A stretch of DNA of 64,000 nt from Octopus vulgaris (Eukaryota). The DNA lies in contig OX597816.1 of assembly GCA_951406725.2 (NCBI GenBank), positions 11,656,001 through 11,720,000 of the forward strand, written 5' to 3'. Made by a program: the position numbers and the translations under genes. Shown here one piece after another: positions 40,094 to 52,080 of the stretch. The notes beneath the pieces were generated by a model, which saw only the letters and a list, made by a program, of their open reading frames with translations, made no database searches and had not been told where the DNA came from. The stretch's first letter is position 1; each line of letters begins with the position of its first letter.

Positions 40094-40279
40094 TTCCTAA
40101 TTTCATAGTATTGTTTACACCGAACTTTTCTGACAGCTGCCAGTGGTAGCTGATCCACCACTAGTAGGAACTTTGTTCCTGCTAGGAGTAGATCAGCTCC
40201 AGAATAAAAATTTCCAAAATTCACCACTTCTTATGAGAGGAAATCCTTCTGGTGATTTGAAATTCATGCCTTATGAAAT

Positions 40280-40850
40280 TCATACAGTTCGCATTTTCTT
40301 TGTGCCTCTGCAACATTGTTCTGTTTGTGGGAGGTGGTACCCCTGTTGGTGGCGTTTTATGCTAGCATTTCTCAGGTGGCTGCATTTCCCAGGTGCTTGC
40401 GTTTCCCAGGTGGCTACATTCCCCAGGTGCTTGCATTTTCCAGGTACTTGCGTTTCCCAGGTGCTTGCATTTCCCAGATGCTTGCGTTTCCCAGGTACTT
40501 GCGTTTCCCAGGAGCTTGCTTTTCCCAGGTGCTTGCATTTCCCAGGTGCTTGCGTTTCCCAGGTGGCTGCATTTCCCAGATGCTTGCATTTCCCAGGTGC
40601 TTGCATTTCCCAGGTGCCTGCGTTTCCCAGGCGCTTGCATTTCCCAGGTGTCGGGGTTGACCTCGAAGATATTCAGTGAAGCATTGAGTGCATCCTTGGA
40701 GCGTTTTTCCTGTCCATCTGGCGTGTGCGTGCTTCCCACATGTTCACTGTCGTACAAACTTTTGGTAAATTACATGTCTTCCCATCTGACTTGTGCTCTC
40801 CTCAGCAGTATGTAAATGCATGGCAGACCAGTTCGAGAAAGGACTGCCAT
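40280..40850 (-). mobile_element. RTE (BovB-like) LINE C-terminal relic
   Basis: VLSRTGLPCIYILLRRAQVRW...GQEKRSKDALNASLNIFEVNPDTWE matches the RTE C-terminus. Confidence 0.8.
40363..40651. repeat. 17-bp minisatellite (TTTCCCAGGTGCTTGCA), about 17 copies
   Basis: Directly visible tandem array. Confidence 0.95.
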
Positions 40851-41416
40851 ATTTGAGGCCTTCTCTTGCTAGGGGATTTTTCAATAGCTTTCTATGCCGG
40901 GTGTAATATTTCCAACAAGGTGTTATTCCTTTTGCACAATACACCAAGCAACACGATGAACTTAAACACACTTTCAGATAATGTTACTGCACAATATATC
41001 CTCAAGAACCAAAGTTTTTTTCCTCTGGTCAATAGACCAAGCTGTGATAACTAACTTCAAGGAATATTAAATCCAAGAACTTTGAAACAATTCATAAAAG
41101 CAAATGATGAGAAAGACAAGTTTACAGTTAGGGACCGCTGTGAAAAACTGAACATTATGGCTGTTGTAGATAACTAACAGAGCGAATAAAGGGATGAAAT
41201 AGAAATTTCGACCATAAATAGTGTTCAGAAACAAAAAAAAAAGAACAGAATGTATCTGTTACTTTGCAGGTTTTCTTGCTGCAGAATGACTGCATTACAT
41301 TATGTGATGCTGTGTGGTGGCTAAGAGAATGTTGTTATTCTATTTATACATTCTACTCTGTGTGTACATGTGTGTATGAGAGGGTAGTATCTTCTTCCTA
41401 TATTCATACAGCCTAA

Positions 41417-41810
41417 GGCGGCGAGCTGGCACAATCGTTAGCACGCCGGGCGAAATACTTAACGGTATTTCATCTGCCGTTACGTTCTGAGTTCAAATTC
41501 CGCTGAGGTCGACTTTGCCTTTCATCCTTTCGGGGTCGATTAAATAAGTACCAGTTACGCACTGGGGTCGATATAATCGACTTAATCCGTTTGTCTGTCC
41601 TCATTTGCCCCTTCTGTATTTAGCCCCTTGTGGGTAGTAAAGAAATAAGTATTTTGTCTACCATAACGTTCTGAGTTCAAATTCCACCGAAGTTGACTTT
41701 GCCTTTCATCCTTTTGGGGTCGATTAAATAAGTACCAATTATGCACTGGGGTTGATGTAATCGACTTAAATCCCTCTGTGTTTAGCCCCCTGTGGGCAAT
41801 AAAGAAATAT
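41417..41810 (+). mobile_element. Dimeric SINE family A
   Basis: Head GGCGGCGAGCTGGC and two cores. Confidence 0.9.
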
Positions 41811-43324
41811 ATATTTGTACAGCCGCTATAGTCTATTTTAACATTGGAGTTTTTGACTGTTAAAACAAACTTTATCTTGTATACATTAATCTAATGATTA
41901 TGTGTGCATGTTGATAAGATATGAATGCTCACTACATTTTGTTGCATTCACGCCTGTGTCCTGCGATCCTTTCACCTATACTACAGGCCATTTCACCTAT
42001 ATAAGTTGTGCTGTGGTTCCTATTGTTCCCTTCCTTTCAGCTCATGCATCACACTATATTTCCAGTCATGCATTTTCTCAGTAGGTTGGTTGTGCACATT
42101 TTGAAAATCTTAAGCCATCAGGAAGTTTAGAGAAAAAGAGAAATAGAAATATCTGGGAATATAACTGAAAAGCAAAAAAAAAAACCCCAAAAAACCCCAG
42201 CTATATCTGGGAGATGTGTTAATAGGCTTTAATAAGGCTCTTCCAGAATACAGTCTCTTTCTCTCCCTCTCTTTGTGTCTCCGCAAAAAATCCCAAATTT
42301 TATTCAATTTGCTTTAAGGGAAGGACTGTCTTAATGAGGTTGCGTCTTGTCCCTACCTTAGAAATGTGGAGTAGATATAACAGGGGACAACTGATGAAGG
42401 GATTGTTCTTTATGTTGCATGTCTTGTTTCTCTATTTTTTTATTTTGCTGTTTGAAAACAGTTCATTTTCTGTTTTTGTTTATATTCTCTTTTCTCATTT
42501 TGTTCACGTTTTTTGATGTCCTGTACCCATACATGCGTGTATATATACACATATATGTAGGTATGTACATATATGTATATATACATATATTTATATATTA
42601 TTTATATATATATATATATATATATTTTTACACATACATACATACATACATACACTATGATGATATTTAAACCTCTTATAGGGAGAGTTTTATTCAAGAG
42701 ACCCTGGTTTAATATAATATATTTTGAAGAGATATTTCTTCAATAAATATATTATAAAACATCAAATATTATTGATAAATTTCAAAATAGAGTTTACATT
42801 TTGATCAATTGAAATACTCCTGGAGTATTTCAGTTGATCAAAATGTAAACTCTATAATGTAAAGTTTGCCCCGAAGATCTGCCAGTCAGAAAACTCAAAA
42901 CGCAAACTTATATTATTATATATGTTTTGTAATTTAAGTTGGGTGTGAAGTGAAACAATTGTAGGGAATGTTAAATAATTAATAAATCTATTTATATTCA
43001 TTGAATTTCTCCATTTTCAAACTTATGTATATATATATATATATATAATAAAATTATAATAAGGGTGCTGAATGATTACAACACCAGTCTGCTAGTCTAC
43101 CAACCTGTTGCACCTTTTTTTCAAGGGGCCAGCCTTATTACACTGAATCTGTGTCATGCTGAATCTCCCCCCCCCAACAACTACGTTAAGGGTGCACGTG
43201 TCTGTGGAGTGCTCAGCCACTTGCACATTAATTTCACGAGCAGGCTGTTCCGTTGAATCGGATCAACTGGAACCCTTGTCATCGTAACTGATGGAGTTCC
43301 ACGATATATATATATATGTATATA

Positions 43325-43372
<48 letters not shown>

Positions 43373-43376
<4 letters not shown>

Positions 43377-43745
43377 AATTGCAGCGTGGAAGGTGTTTAT
43401 AAGCCATTTAAGAAACACACAAAAACCGTTAGATTCACTTCAACATTGAAATCTAATTTGTCAAAATATTTTCGTTGCTTTGAGACCGCGATCTGTTCAC
43501 TGACAAAACTTCGTGCTGCACAAAGTACTTGCATGGCAGATGCAACACAAAGTTTTGTCAGTGAACAGGTCGCGGTCTCAAAGCGACGAAAATATTTTGA
43601 CAAATTAAATTTAAATGTTGAAGTGAATCTAACGGTTTTTGTGTGTTTCTCAAATGGCTTATAAACACCTTCCACGCTGCAATTGTTTTCGTTCCAGCAC
43701 ACGATCTCAGATCAAGTCACTCGCTATGCAAGTACATCTCCGTAA
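43373..43745. mobile_element. Foldback PLE-like remnant with 148-bp inverted arms
   Basis: Arms 43373-43520 and 43541-43688 with a 20-bp spacer, flanked by (TA)n. Confidence 0.7.
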
Positions 43746-44138
43746 TATATATATCATATATAAAGATAAATTAAATGTATAGAGATATTCTATTGACAAT
43801 CCAATAATCTATTTATATTACATTAAATGCTATGAATATAATATAACATAGCGTAATATTATATAACATAAATAATTATGGAAACCATCTGTCGATCTTT
43901 TATGGCTTTTATAATTATTTATGTTATATTATGTTATGTTATGTTATACTGATAGTGTTTAATGCAATGTTGTAATATAAATAAATTATTGGATTGTCAA
44001 GAGTATATCTCTGTATTAAATTTATCTTTATTACTGAATAATACCAATATTTATATGGTATCCAACTGGCATACCAGTTAATTGGATGTTTTACACACCC
44101 CTTTGAAGGATTTCTTTTCTTCAGCTTGTTACTTTATG

Positions 44139-44185
<47 letters not shown>

Positions 44186-44394
44186 TACATGCATATACAC
44201 ATTTCTTAAGGGCTTATCTTATATTCACTGCATGAATTAACAAGATAACAAGGATATAAGCTTTCAAGGTAACGATTCTTATTGTTATTAAGACATTTGG
44301 ACATAAAAGGAATATTTAGAATCATACATACATACATACATACATACATGTAAGTAAATAAATGGAGTTGAACGCAGATGCTATTCAAATTCTT

Positions 44395-44482
44395 TTACTT
44401 TTGACATATGTTTCGAAGACAACATTGGTTTTATTCCAAAGGAATAAACGGTGTAAAATGCAATCTGCTCATCAGGCAAGAA
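44395..44482 (-). ncRNA. Putative hammerhead ribozyme with extended stem II
   Basis: CUGAUGA, a long hairpin (uuuauucc/ggaauaaa), then GAAAC AUAU GUC; stem I is weak. Confidence 0.45.
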
Positions 44483-44914
44483 AGAGAACCTATCTGAACA
44501 ACAAGACATTATAATAATTTTGATGACTGCATAAATGATAAATAGAACGCTATTAAGTATTTAAAAAAAAATACTTAATGATAATTCATTCATCCATTTA
44601 CATATATATATACGAGAAACACGTACACACACATGCACAGATACATACATACACACACACAAATCATCATCATATTTAACATCTGTATTTCCATGCTGTC
44701 ACGAGTTATGAATGTATATGAGTCCGTGCGTATGGGAAGTGAGTGGGTGTGTATAAATGGATGTATCTATGTGTCAGAAAGTAACCAAGGTCCTTTCCGG
44801 GTCAAAGGCTCAGAAGACCGGCTTTCTGGACTCCGTGGCATATGTATTCCCCCATCTCCCTGGACAGGATGCAAGCCTCTTGCAGGGTTATGTATGTTGG
44901 TCAGCTGAGTGAGC

Positions 44915-45465
44915 AGCTAGCGACAACTGATGTTGGTGTGTTTACGTCCTCGTAACTTAGCGGTTTGGCAAAAAGAATCCGATAGAATAAGTACTCGGCT
45001 TACAAAGAATAAGTCCTGGGGGTCGATTTGTTTGACTAAAGGTGGTGCTCCACCAGAGCTGCAGTCAAATGACTGAAACAAGTCATCATCATCATCATCA
45101 TCGTTTAACGTCCGTTTTCCATGCTAGCATGGGTTGGCCGGTTCGACTGGGGTCTGAGAAGCCAGGAGGCTGCACCAGGCTCCAGTTTGATCTGGCAGTG
45201 TTTCTACAGCTGGATGCCCTTCCTAACGCCAACCACTCAGAGAGTGTAATGGGTGCTTTTTACGTGCCACCGACACGTAAAAAGTAAACGAAAAAAAGAA
45301 TATATATATGAAGGGCTTCTTTCAGTTTCTGTCTACAAAATCAACTCAGAAGGCTTTGATTGGTCCGAATCTATAGTAGAAGACACTTACCCAAGGTGCC
45401 ACACAGTGGGACTGATCCCAAAACCATGTAGTTGGGAAGCAAACTTCTTACCACGCAGCCACGCC
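44915..45465. mobile_element. SINE cluster: family B 3' half (+), family C (-), family B 5' half (-)
   Basis: Family motifs recognisable in each segment. Confidence 0.8.
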
Positions 45466-46081
45466 TTTTGTTTTTTTTTCCTAGAATTACTTTTTCCAAA
45501 ATCAGGGCACGCAAAAAAAAGAGCTTTTGTTTTTTTTTATATTCAGAATACCATTTTGTATAGGTAGCATCTTATTATTTTCAATTCTTACATGATTAAA
45601 GATTCATGCCAGAGATATTTTGTATTCTTGTACCACCATTGGTGTGTCTATTGATATCTCATCATCTTATTATATTATAAAAGTACAAAAGCAGCAAAAA
45701 AAAAAATGGAAAATATATGTATAGCATCTGACTTGATAAATTCTTCATAAGTCAGCGTGTGGCCAAAGCCATTGTCACCATCGTCAGCGTCTCCAACCCC
45801 CATCAACCTCATCCTATATCTCTCCCTCACTCTGTTTGTCTGTCTCTCTCTCTCTCTCTCTTCTCTCCCCCTCTCTCTCTCTTGATACATACATATATAT
45901 ATAAAGCTCTCTCTGTGTGTATGTGTGAGTGTATCTATGTGTGTGTATGTGTGAGTGTATCTATTTGTGTGTATGTGTGAGTGTATCTGTGTGTATATGT
46001 GTGAGTGTATCTGTGTGTGTGTATCTATGTGTGTGTATATGTGAGTGTATCTGTGTGTGTGTATGTGCGAGTGTATCTGTA

Positions 46082-46340
46082 TTTTCAGTTTGAAGGCCAG
46101 ATTTTCCTAGTCAACTAAACAATTTGAAACTTCGTATACTGGTAGAATGTGTCAAAAGAAAACATAATTGTAAACCAAAATGAAAACGGAATTGTAATTT
46201 CTAAGTTTAACGTTGTTTAATAATTCGAATTTTAACCAATGATATTCTTTCTTTCGGCCTCATATTATTTACTGCTTCTCAAAATATTGTTACTGTGATG
46301 TAAACAGCTATTTTGTGACGTAGTTAACGTAAACATGTAA
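46082..46340 (-). repeat. Near-identical inverted copy of 63021-63280 (DNA-transposon-like repeat)
   Basis: About 260 bp reverse-complement match with very few mismatches; a diverged relative lies at 58450-58620. Confidence 0.85.
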
Positions 46341-47258
46341 ATAGCTAACTAAAATGTAAACATCTCCGCTTATCATAAACTTCTTGGAGTATATATAAAA
46401 TTTGTGTAGATCCTAAATAGCTACACACACATGTATACAAACGTGCATATATATATATATACACATATTCTAATGAATATGCATATATGTGTATATATTT
46501 ATAATGTGTGTGTATTATAGATGCATGAATTATATATAAAAGATGTTTACATACAATATATATATGTTATATACTTCTACATGTATATGTATGTATGAAT
46601 ATATAAGAACCACAGAATTTGAATCAAACTGTTTTGATCCATACATACACACACACATACACACACCAACACTACCATCCATGAGACATCCTAACATAAT
46701 CAATGCTACTACTACTACTATCATCATCATCCACTGCCGTTAGGGTTAGGTTTTGGGTTTTAGGGTTAGGGTTGGGATTTAGGATTAGAGTTACGGAAAC
46801 AAGCGAGAAATGAAGAAATTGGAGGTGGAGGGGTAAGGGGGAAACATTTTTTTCCGAAAATAGTTGCTGAAATCAAGAAATTGCCGAAGAAAGACTTTCA
46901 CTTTTTCATGAGCGGCTATCGAAAACGCTGGGGTTTTATGACAAAAGAAAATACAAAAATGGTGGGCTTTTATGCACATATGTACTAATGGATATCATAT
47001 ATATGTACAAAATGAAACTTGAGATTTCGAAAGAAATTGTGATGTGTGCCACTATTTTCCTTTTCACATCAAATTCCAATATAATCTGAATATATACATT
47101 CTGAAAAGTATTTGTAGCAAATTTCATAAAAAAATACCCAAGTTATGAGGAAACAAGGTCAACTCATGTGAATTTCCCGAAACCTCTCTTCCTAACCACA
47201 GAATTGTTTTTAAATATTAAATTCCTACATAAGCGGAATATACACCATCTAAAACATA

Positions 47259-47770
47259 CCGTAAATCCTCAAGTATAATCCGCATTATTTTCCCAAAATT
47301 TAAAGGTCAAAATCCCTAGTGCGTACTATATATGAGGTTAAAAATGGAAATTATTTTCTAAGCAATGTCCAAGTCTCTATTTGCTGTCCGGCAATGTTTA
47401 TTCAGACGCATTTTGTGATGTCGGGTGCGATAATACCTTAAGCTAAGCCTGAAAGCGATGAAGTCATAAAAGAATCATCCATAACTTGCAATAAACAACA
47501 TTTATTAAACGTTATTACTGTTATTTCTTTATTTTCTGCAAACAAAATGCACAAAAAAGCTACACGTTTGCATTATGTTATATATACAATAATAATAAAG
47601 GACGTTACCGTAAACATTTTTAGAAACCAAGGACGTTATACAGACCTCCTTGACTGAAGTTAGAGAAGGGGTGCGTATTATACACAAGGTTTAGGTTTTC
47701 CAGAGGTACAGCCCCCTAAAAATCCCCTGCGTATTATACTCAAGAGAAGACTATACTCGAGGATTAACGG
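47259..47770. mobile_element. pogo/Tc2-like MITE
   Basis: TIRs CCGTAAATCCTCAAGTATA and TATACTCGAGGATTAACGG with TA on both sides. Confidence 0.85.
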
Positions 47771-48215
47771 TATTTTTTGAAAATTTCATTAAAAAAATTC
47801 ACATTTTTCTGGAAGTTGTGAGGCAACAAAGTCGGTCGGGTAGGGACACACATGTATAGGTAAACCGACATTTGCATTATTTTACAATAATCATTTCAAA
47901 TCCTGCTCGGCTGGTTTTTGTCTTATCTTTCAGGGCCCAATAAAATGTAAACACCCCTGTAGCAATCCATTCAAATGCTGACGTCAGTAAAGTTGGTCAA
48001 AGAAAACCGGTCTTTTTACTTTTATTGGAATTTATATTGTATTTATTTAAGATGCCAAAGGAGTTCTGTGTTTTTGTTTTTATGAAGACGCTTCATGAAT
48101 AATCTAATCTTCTCACTCCTTCGGTCATTGTTTTTCTAAGATAAAAATAGTATGATGACTTATAAAATATTTAGAGGAATATTAAGTTTTACAGGTCAGA
48201 TGTTAAAAAAATATT

Positions 48216-48565
48216 GGAGTGGCTGATTCCGGGTTCAGTCCCACTGTCTGGCACCTTGGGCAAGTGTCTTCTACTATAACCTCGGGCCAACCAAAGCCTT
48301 GTGAGTGGATTTGGTAGACGGAAACTGAAAGAAGCCCGTCATATATATATGTATATATGTGTATGTGTGTGTGTTTGTGTGTCTGTGTTTGTCCCCCTAG
48401 CATTGCTTGACAACCGATGCTGGTGTATTTATGTCCCCGTTACTTAGCGGTTCGGCAAAAGAGACCGATAGAATAAGTACTGGGCTTACAAAAAGAATAA
48501 GTCCCGGGGTCTAGTTGCTCGATTAAAGGCGATGCTCCAGCATGGCCGTGGTCAAGAGTAACATT
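48216..48565 (+). mobile_element. SINE family B
   Basis: CORE-like body and tail; head partly deleted. Confidence 0.85.
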
Positions 48566-48939
48566 AAAAGTAAAATATGTTTTATATGACACATTAGGGT
48601 TAGGGTTAGTGTCCGAAGGTTGAAAGTGTTTAGTTACAAAAAATTTATTTCTCGATCTGCCGTTCAAAGGGTAAAGATCCCTTATATTATTTATTTAAAC
48701 CCTTTACAACCTAGAAGGGTTATGGGTCAAGAGGAAAATACATCAATCAAATGTTGGCAAGGCCATCGGTTGAATAAAACAACATTGTTCCTCAACAGAA
48801 CAATAAGGCTCTATAGTTAGGGGGAAATTTACCCATTCAGTTTCAAAACTCAGGTGGGGCCAAAAGAGGTCTCTACACATACATACGTACGACATACACA
48901 CACATACATACATACATACATATATCCAGACAACTTCAG

Positions 48940-48992
<53 letters not shown>

Positions 48993-49383
48993 TGAAATGC
49001 GTTTTTACCGCTTGGTTCGCTTTCAATGCCACTACGTCCCGTCCGATTCGCTCCAAAATTTACAGGGACATGTAGAATGAGGTGACGATGCCCGTGGGCT
49101 ACCTTAGAAATCCCTAGCTTAAAAGGTGTGGTTGCTATGGGCCATGTTCCTCACTCACGCTATTTCCTCCATTCACCCTTTCACTCCCCTTCATTTGACA
49201 AGCCCACTCCCGTTATTTAATGTAAAGTCTTCCTCAAATCACTCTCTCGCTATTTCCTCTCTTCCAAGAACATTTTCACTCACCCTATCTCTTAGCTTCC
49301 CATACATTTTACTCATGTATCTGTCTGCGTTCATAGACAGAAACAAATATTCCATCGCCATCGAATTCTATTGTCTACCTGTC

Positions 49384-49438
<55 letters not shown>

Positions 49439-49789
49439 CTAATATTATATTTTTATTTTTATGTTTTTGTTTTTTGGTTTTTTACTGTTTCATTTGCCTA
49501 TTAGTGGTTTTATCTCTAATTTAATTTCTACAGCGTGCACATACACAAACACCTATATGTGGCCCCAGTAGACCCGAATGAAATCGGGTTCTCTTCATCA
49601 AAATGTGAAAAGGGGTCTAGAATTATCATCGCCACAACTTATGTATATGTCTTCCTCATCACTCACTCACTCTTTTTCCTAATGATAATTATCATCGCCA
49701 CCACCACCACCACCAACACACAATCATGACAATCTTTCTCTTAAAACAAATCATGTTTACATTGCAAAATATTTCATTTTCCCGTCCTC

Positions 49790-51352
49790 CGAATGGCGAG
49801 ACTTGCTGACACACATGATGAAGGGGAGGCACGTCTCGCTACTGACCGCATTCAAGCACAACAAAGAAACCCCAATCAGACAGCAGAACAGACACAAGTT
49901 ACACGGTCTATAGCACGACGAAAACTCAAGCAAAACAAGGCTGCAAAGAGGGACGAGTTCTGGTACAGGGCCGCCTTCACCTACGATCCTGCTAAAAACT
50001 ATGCCAACAACAACAAAGTGACCATCGGAAAGATGGACAAAATTTGTTCCTCCTGTGGGGCCAAAAAGTGAGATTTCGATGTTCCCGGTCTTTGCTGCTC
50101 TCAAGGAAAAGTCCGACTCCCACCGTTACCTGATCCACCTCAGGTTCTTCGAGAATTGCTTACAAGTCCATCTGACGGTGCAAAGCATTTTCGTGAAAGA
50201 ATTCATAGGTTTAATTCATGCTTCTCAATGACATGCTTTCGAACAACAAGCATACCATGTTTAAAAAAAAACAAAAAAAAAAAAACAACCCAAATATGCC
50301 ACGACCTTCAACTGTTGCTTCGACAACAACTGAAAATATCAGTGTCCCCGGACCTTCATGGACTGTTTCAACAACAATAACGGAAAACCTCAATATCCCT
50401 GGACCTTCAAGAGCTGTTGCGAAAACAGTACTCGAAAACTCCCATGTCGACAGACATTCTACAAAGCCTAATTATCATTCAGAGAAGTATGAACATTTTT
50501 ACACATACAAAATTCATGGACAGTGCTACCATCAAATGGGAAGTCTTCGGCCGATGCCTGGTAAAGAGCATTCATGCAGGTTTTCTTTGTTGGTGGTCAC
50601 GATGAGGAACTTGCTATCAGGGAAAAAAAATAATCCAAACCTTGAGCAGCGTGTTATTGAAGTACTTCAGATGATGCTCCACCAGGCTCATCCTCATGTT
50701 CGTGAGTTCAAAAATGCAATGGATACGTTGGATTCTCAACCTCATTTAAAATTGGTGATACATGCCGACAAAACTCCTGCCGGTGAGCACCCTGGTCGTT
50801 TCAACGCTCCAACTACGAATGAAGTTGCAGCACTCATGGTCGATGAGGTCCATGGAAATCGTGACATAATCCTCTGTCACCGCGACGAAGACGTGACTTT
50901 TGTTTCAGAATTACACCGATGTTACGATTGCTTGCAGTACCCTCTCCTTTTTCCTCATGGAGAGGATGGATACCACTTAGAAATTCAAAAGGTTGATCCC
51001 ACAATTCTCACACTTCTTGACAAGAAAGTTTCCTGCAAGGCATTTTACGCCTATCGACTCATGGTGCGAGAAAACGATTTCAATTTATTACTAAGGTGCC
51101 ATTCTTTGACCAATCAGTTTTTGGTCGACATGTATTGTAAAGTTGAGTCCGAACGTTTAAAATACATTCGTTCTCACAGGACCAATTAAGAGCAACAGAA
51201 TACGTTAATCTAGAGGATGCAATGCGTCAAGACGGTGATGCAGCCAACGTTGGAAAACGTATTATTCTTCCTTCAACATTTATTGGCTCACCTCGGTATA
51301 TGAATAAACGAATGCAGGACGCAATGACATACCTCGGTAAGTTTGGAAAGCC
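49790..51352 (+). pseudogene. Decayed Helitron RepHel N-terminal region (Zn-finger and Helitron_like_N)
   Basis: CSSCGAKK*...CCSQGKVRLPPLPDPP, RIHRFNSCFSMT, YKIHGQCYH, RFNAPTTNEVA, YDCLQYPLLFPHG, QFLVDMYCKVESERL, ILPSTFIGSPRYM; contains stops and frameshifts and is truncated before the Rep core and helicase. Confidence 0.92.
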
Positions 51353-51825
51353 GGGAATATGCCGGGAATATTCCATTTTTTACTGATATATACTACAATA
51401 ACAAAGAAATTATTTAAGATTTTAGATTTATGCATAAGTATTCTTATGGTTCCAAAACGCAAGGTTCTCAGTTCAGTCCCACTGTGTGGTAACTTGGCAT
51501 GTGTCTTCTACTATAGCCTGAGACCAACCAAAGCCTTGTCAGTGGATTTTGTAGACAGAAACTGAAAGAAATCAATCGTATATATATGTATGTATGTATG
51601 TAAGTTTGTGTGTGTCTTTGTGTTTCTTCCTCATCACTGCTTCACAACTGGTGTTCGTTTATTTACATCCCCATAACATACTGGTTTCACAAGAAGAAAC
51701 TGATAGAATAAGTACCAGGCTTATCAAAATTTAAAAAAGCTCTACGCAGTGTCTCACATTTTTGTTTGCCCACTCAGTTGTATCTATCAATTTATCTTTG
51801 TGTGTATGTGTGTATGTGTACATAC

Positions 51826-51905
<80 letters not shown>

Positions 51906-52080
51906 AATGTTTTTATATATAATGAACGTGAAATACAGGAAGGGACGAACACGGAACACAGACAAATCATTCGAAGCCTTCAATCTTCAGTCAGACACCG
52001 AATCATCATATGGATTTCGTGGACAGGAACTGAAACAAATCAATCGTATATATATGTATATATGTAAGTGTATGTGTTTT

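Noticed and set aside
40143-40815. Five overlapping repeat-protein ORFs, or a CRISPR-like array
   Set aside because: This is a contiguous 17-bp tandem repeat with no unique spacers; frames are open only because the unit lacks stops.
51961-51995. Hammerhead-like CTGAAGA...GAAT (-), similar to the one at 26933-26955
   Set aside because: The core GAAA is broken and stems are unclear; treated only as PLE-like relics.
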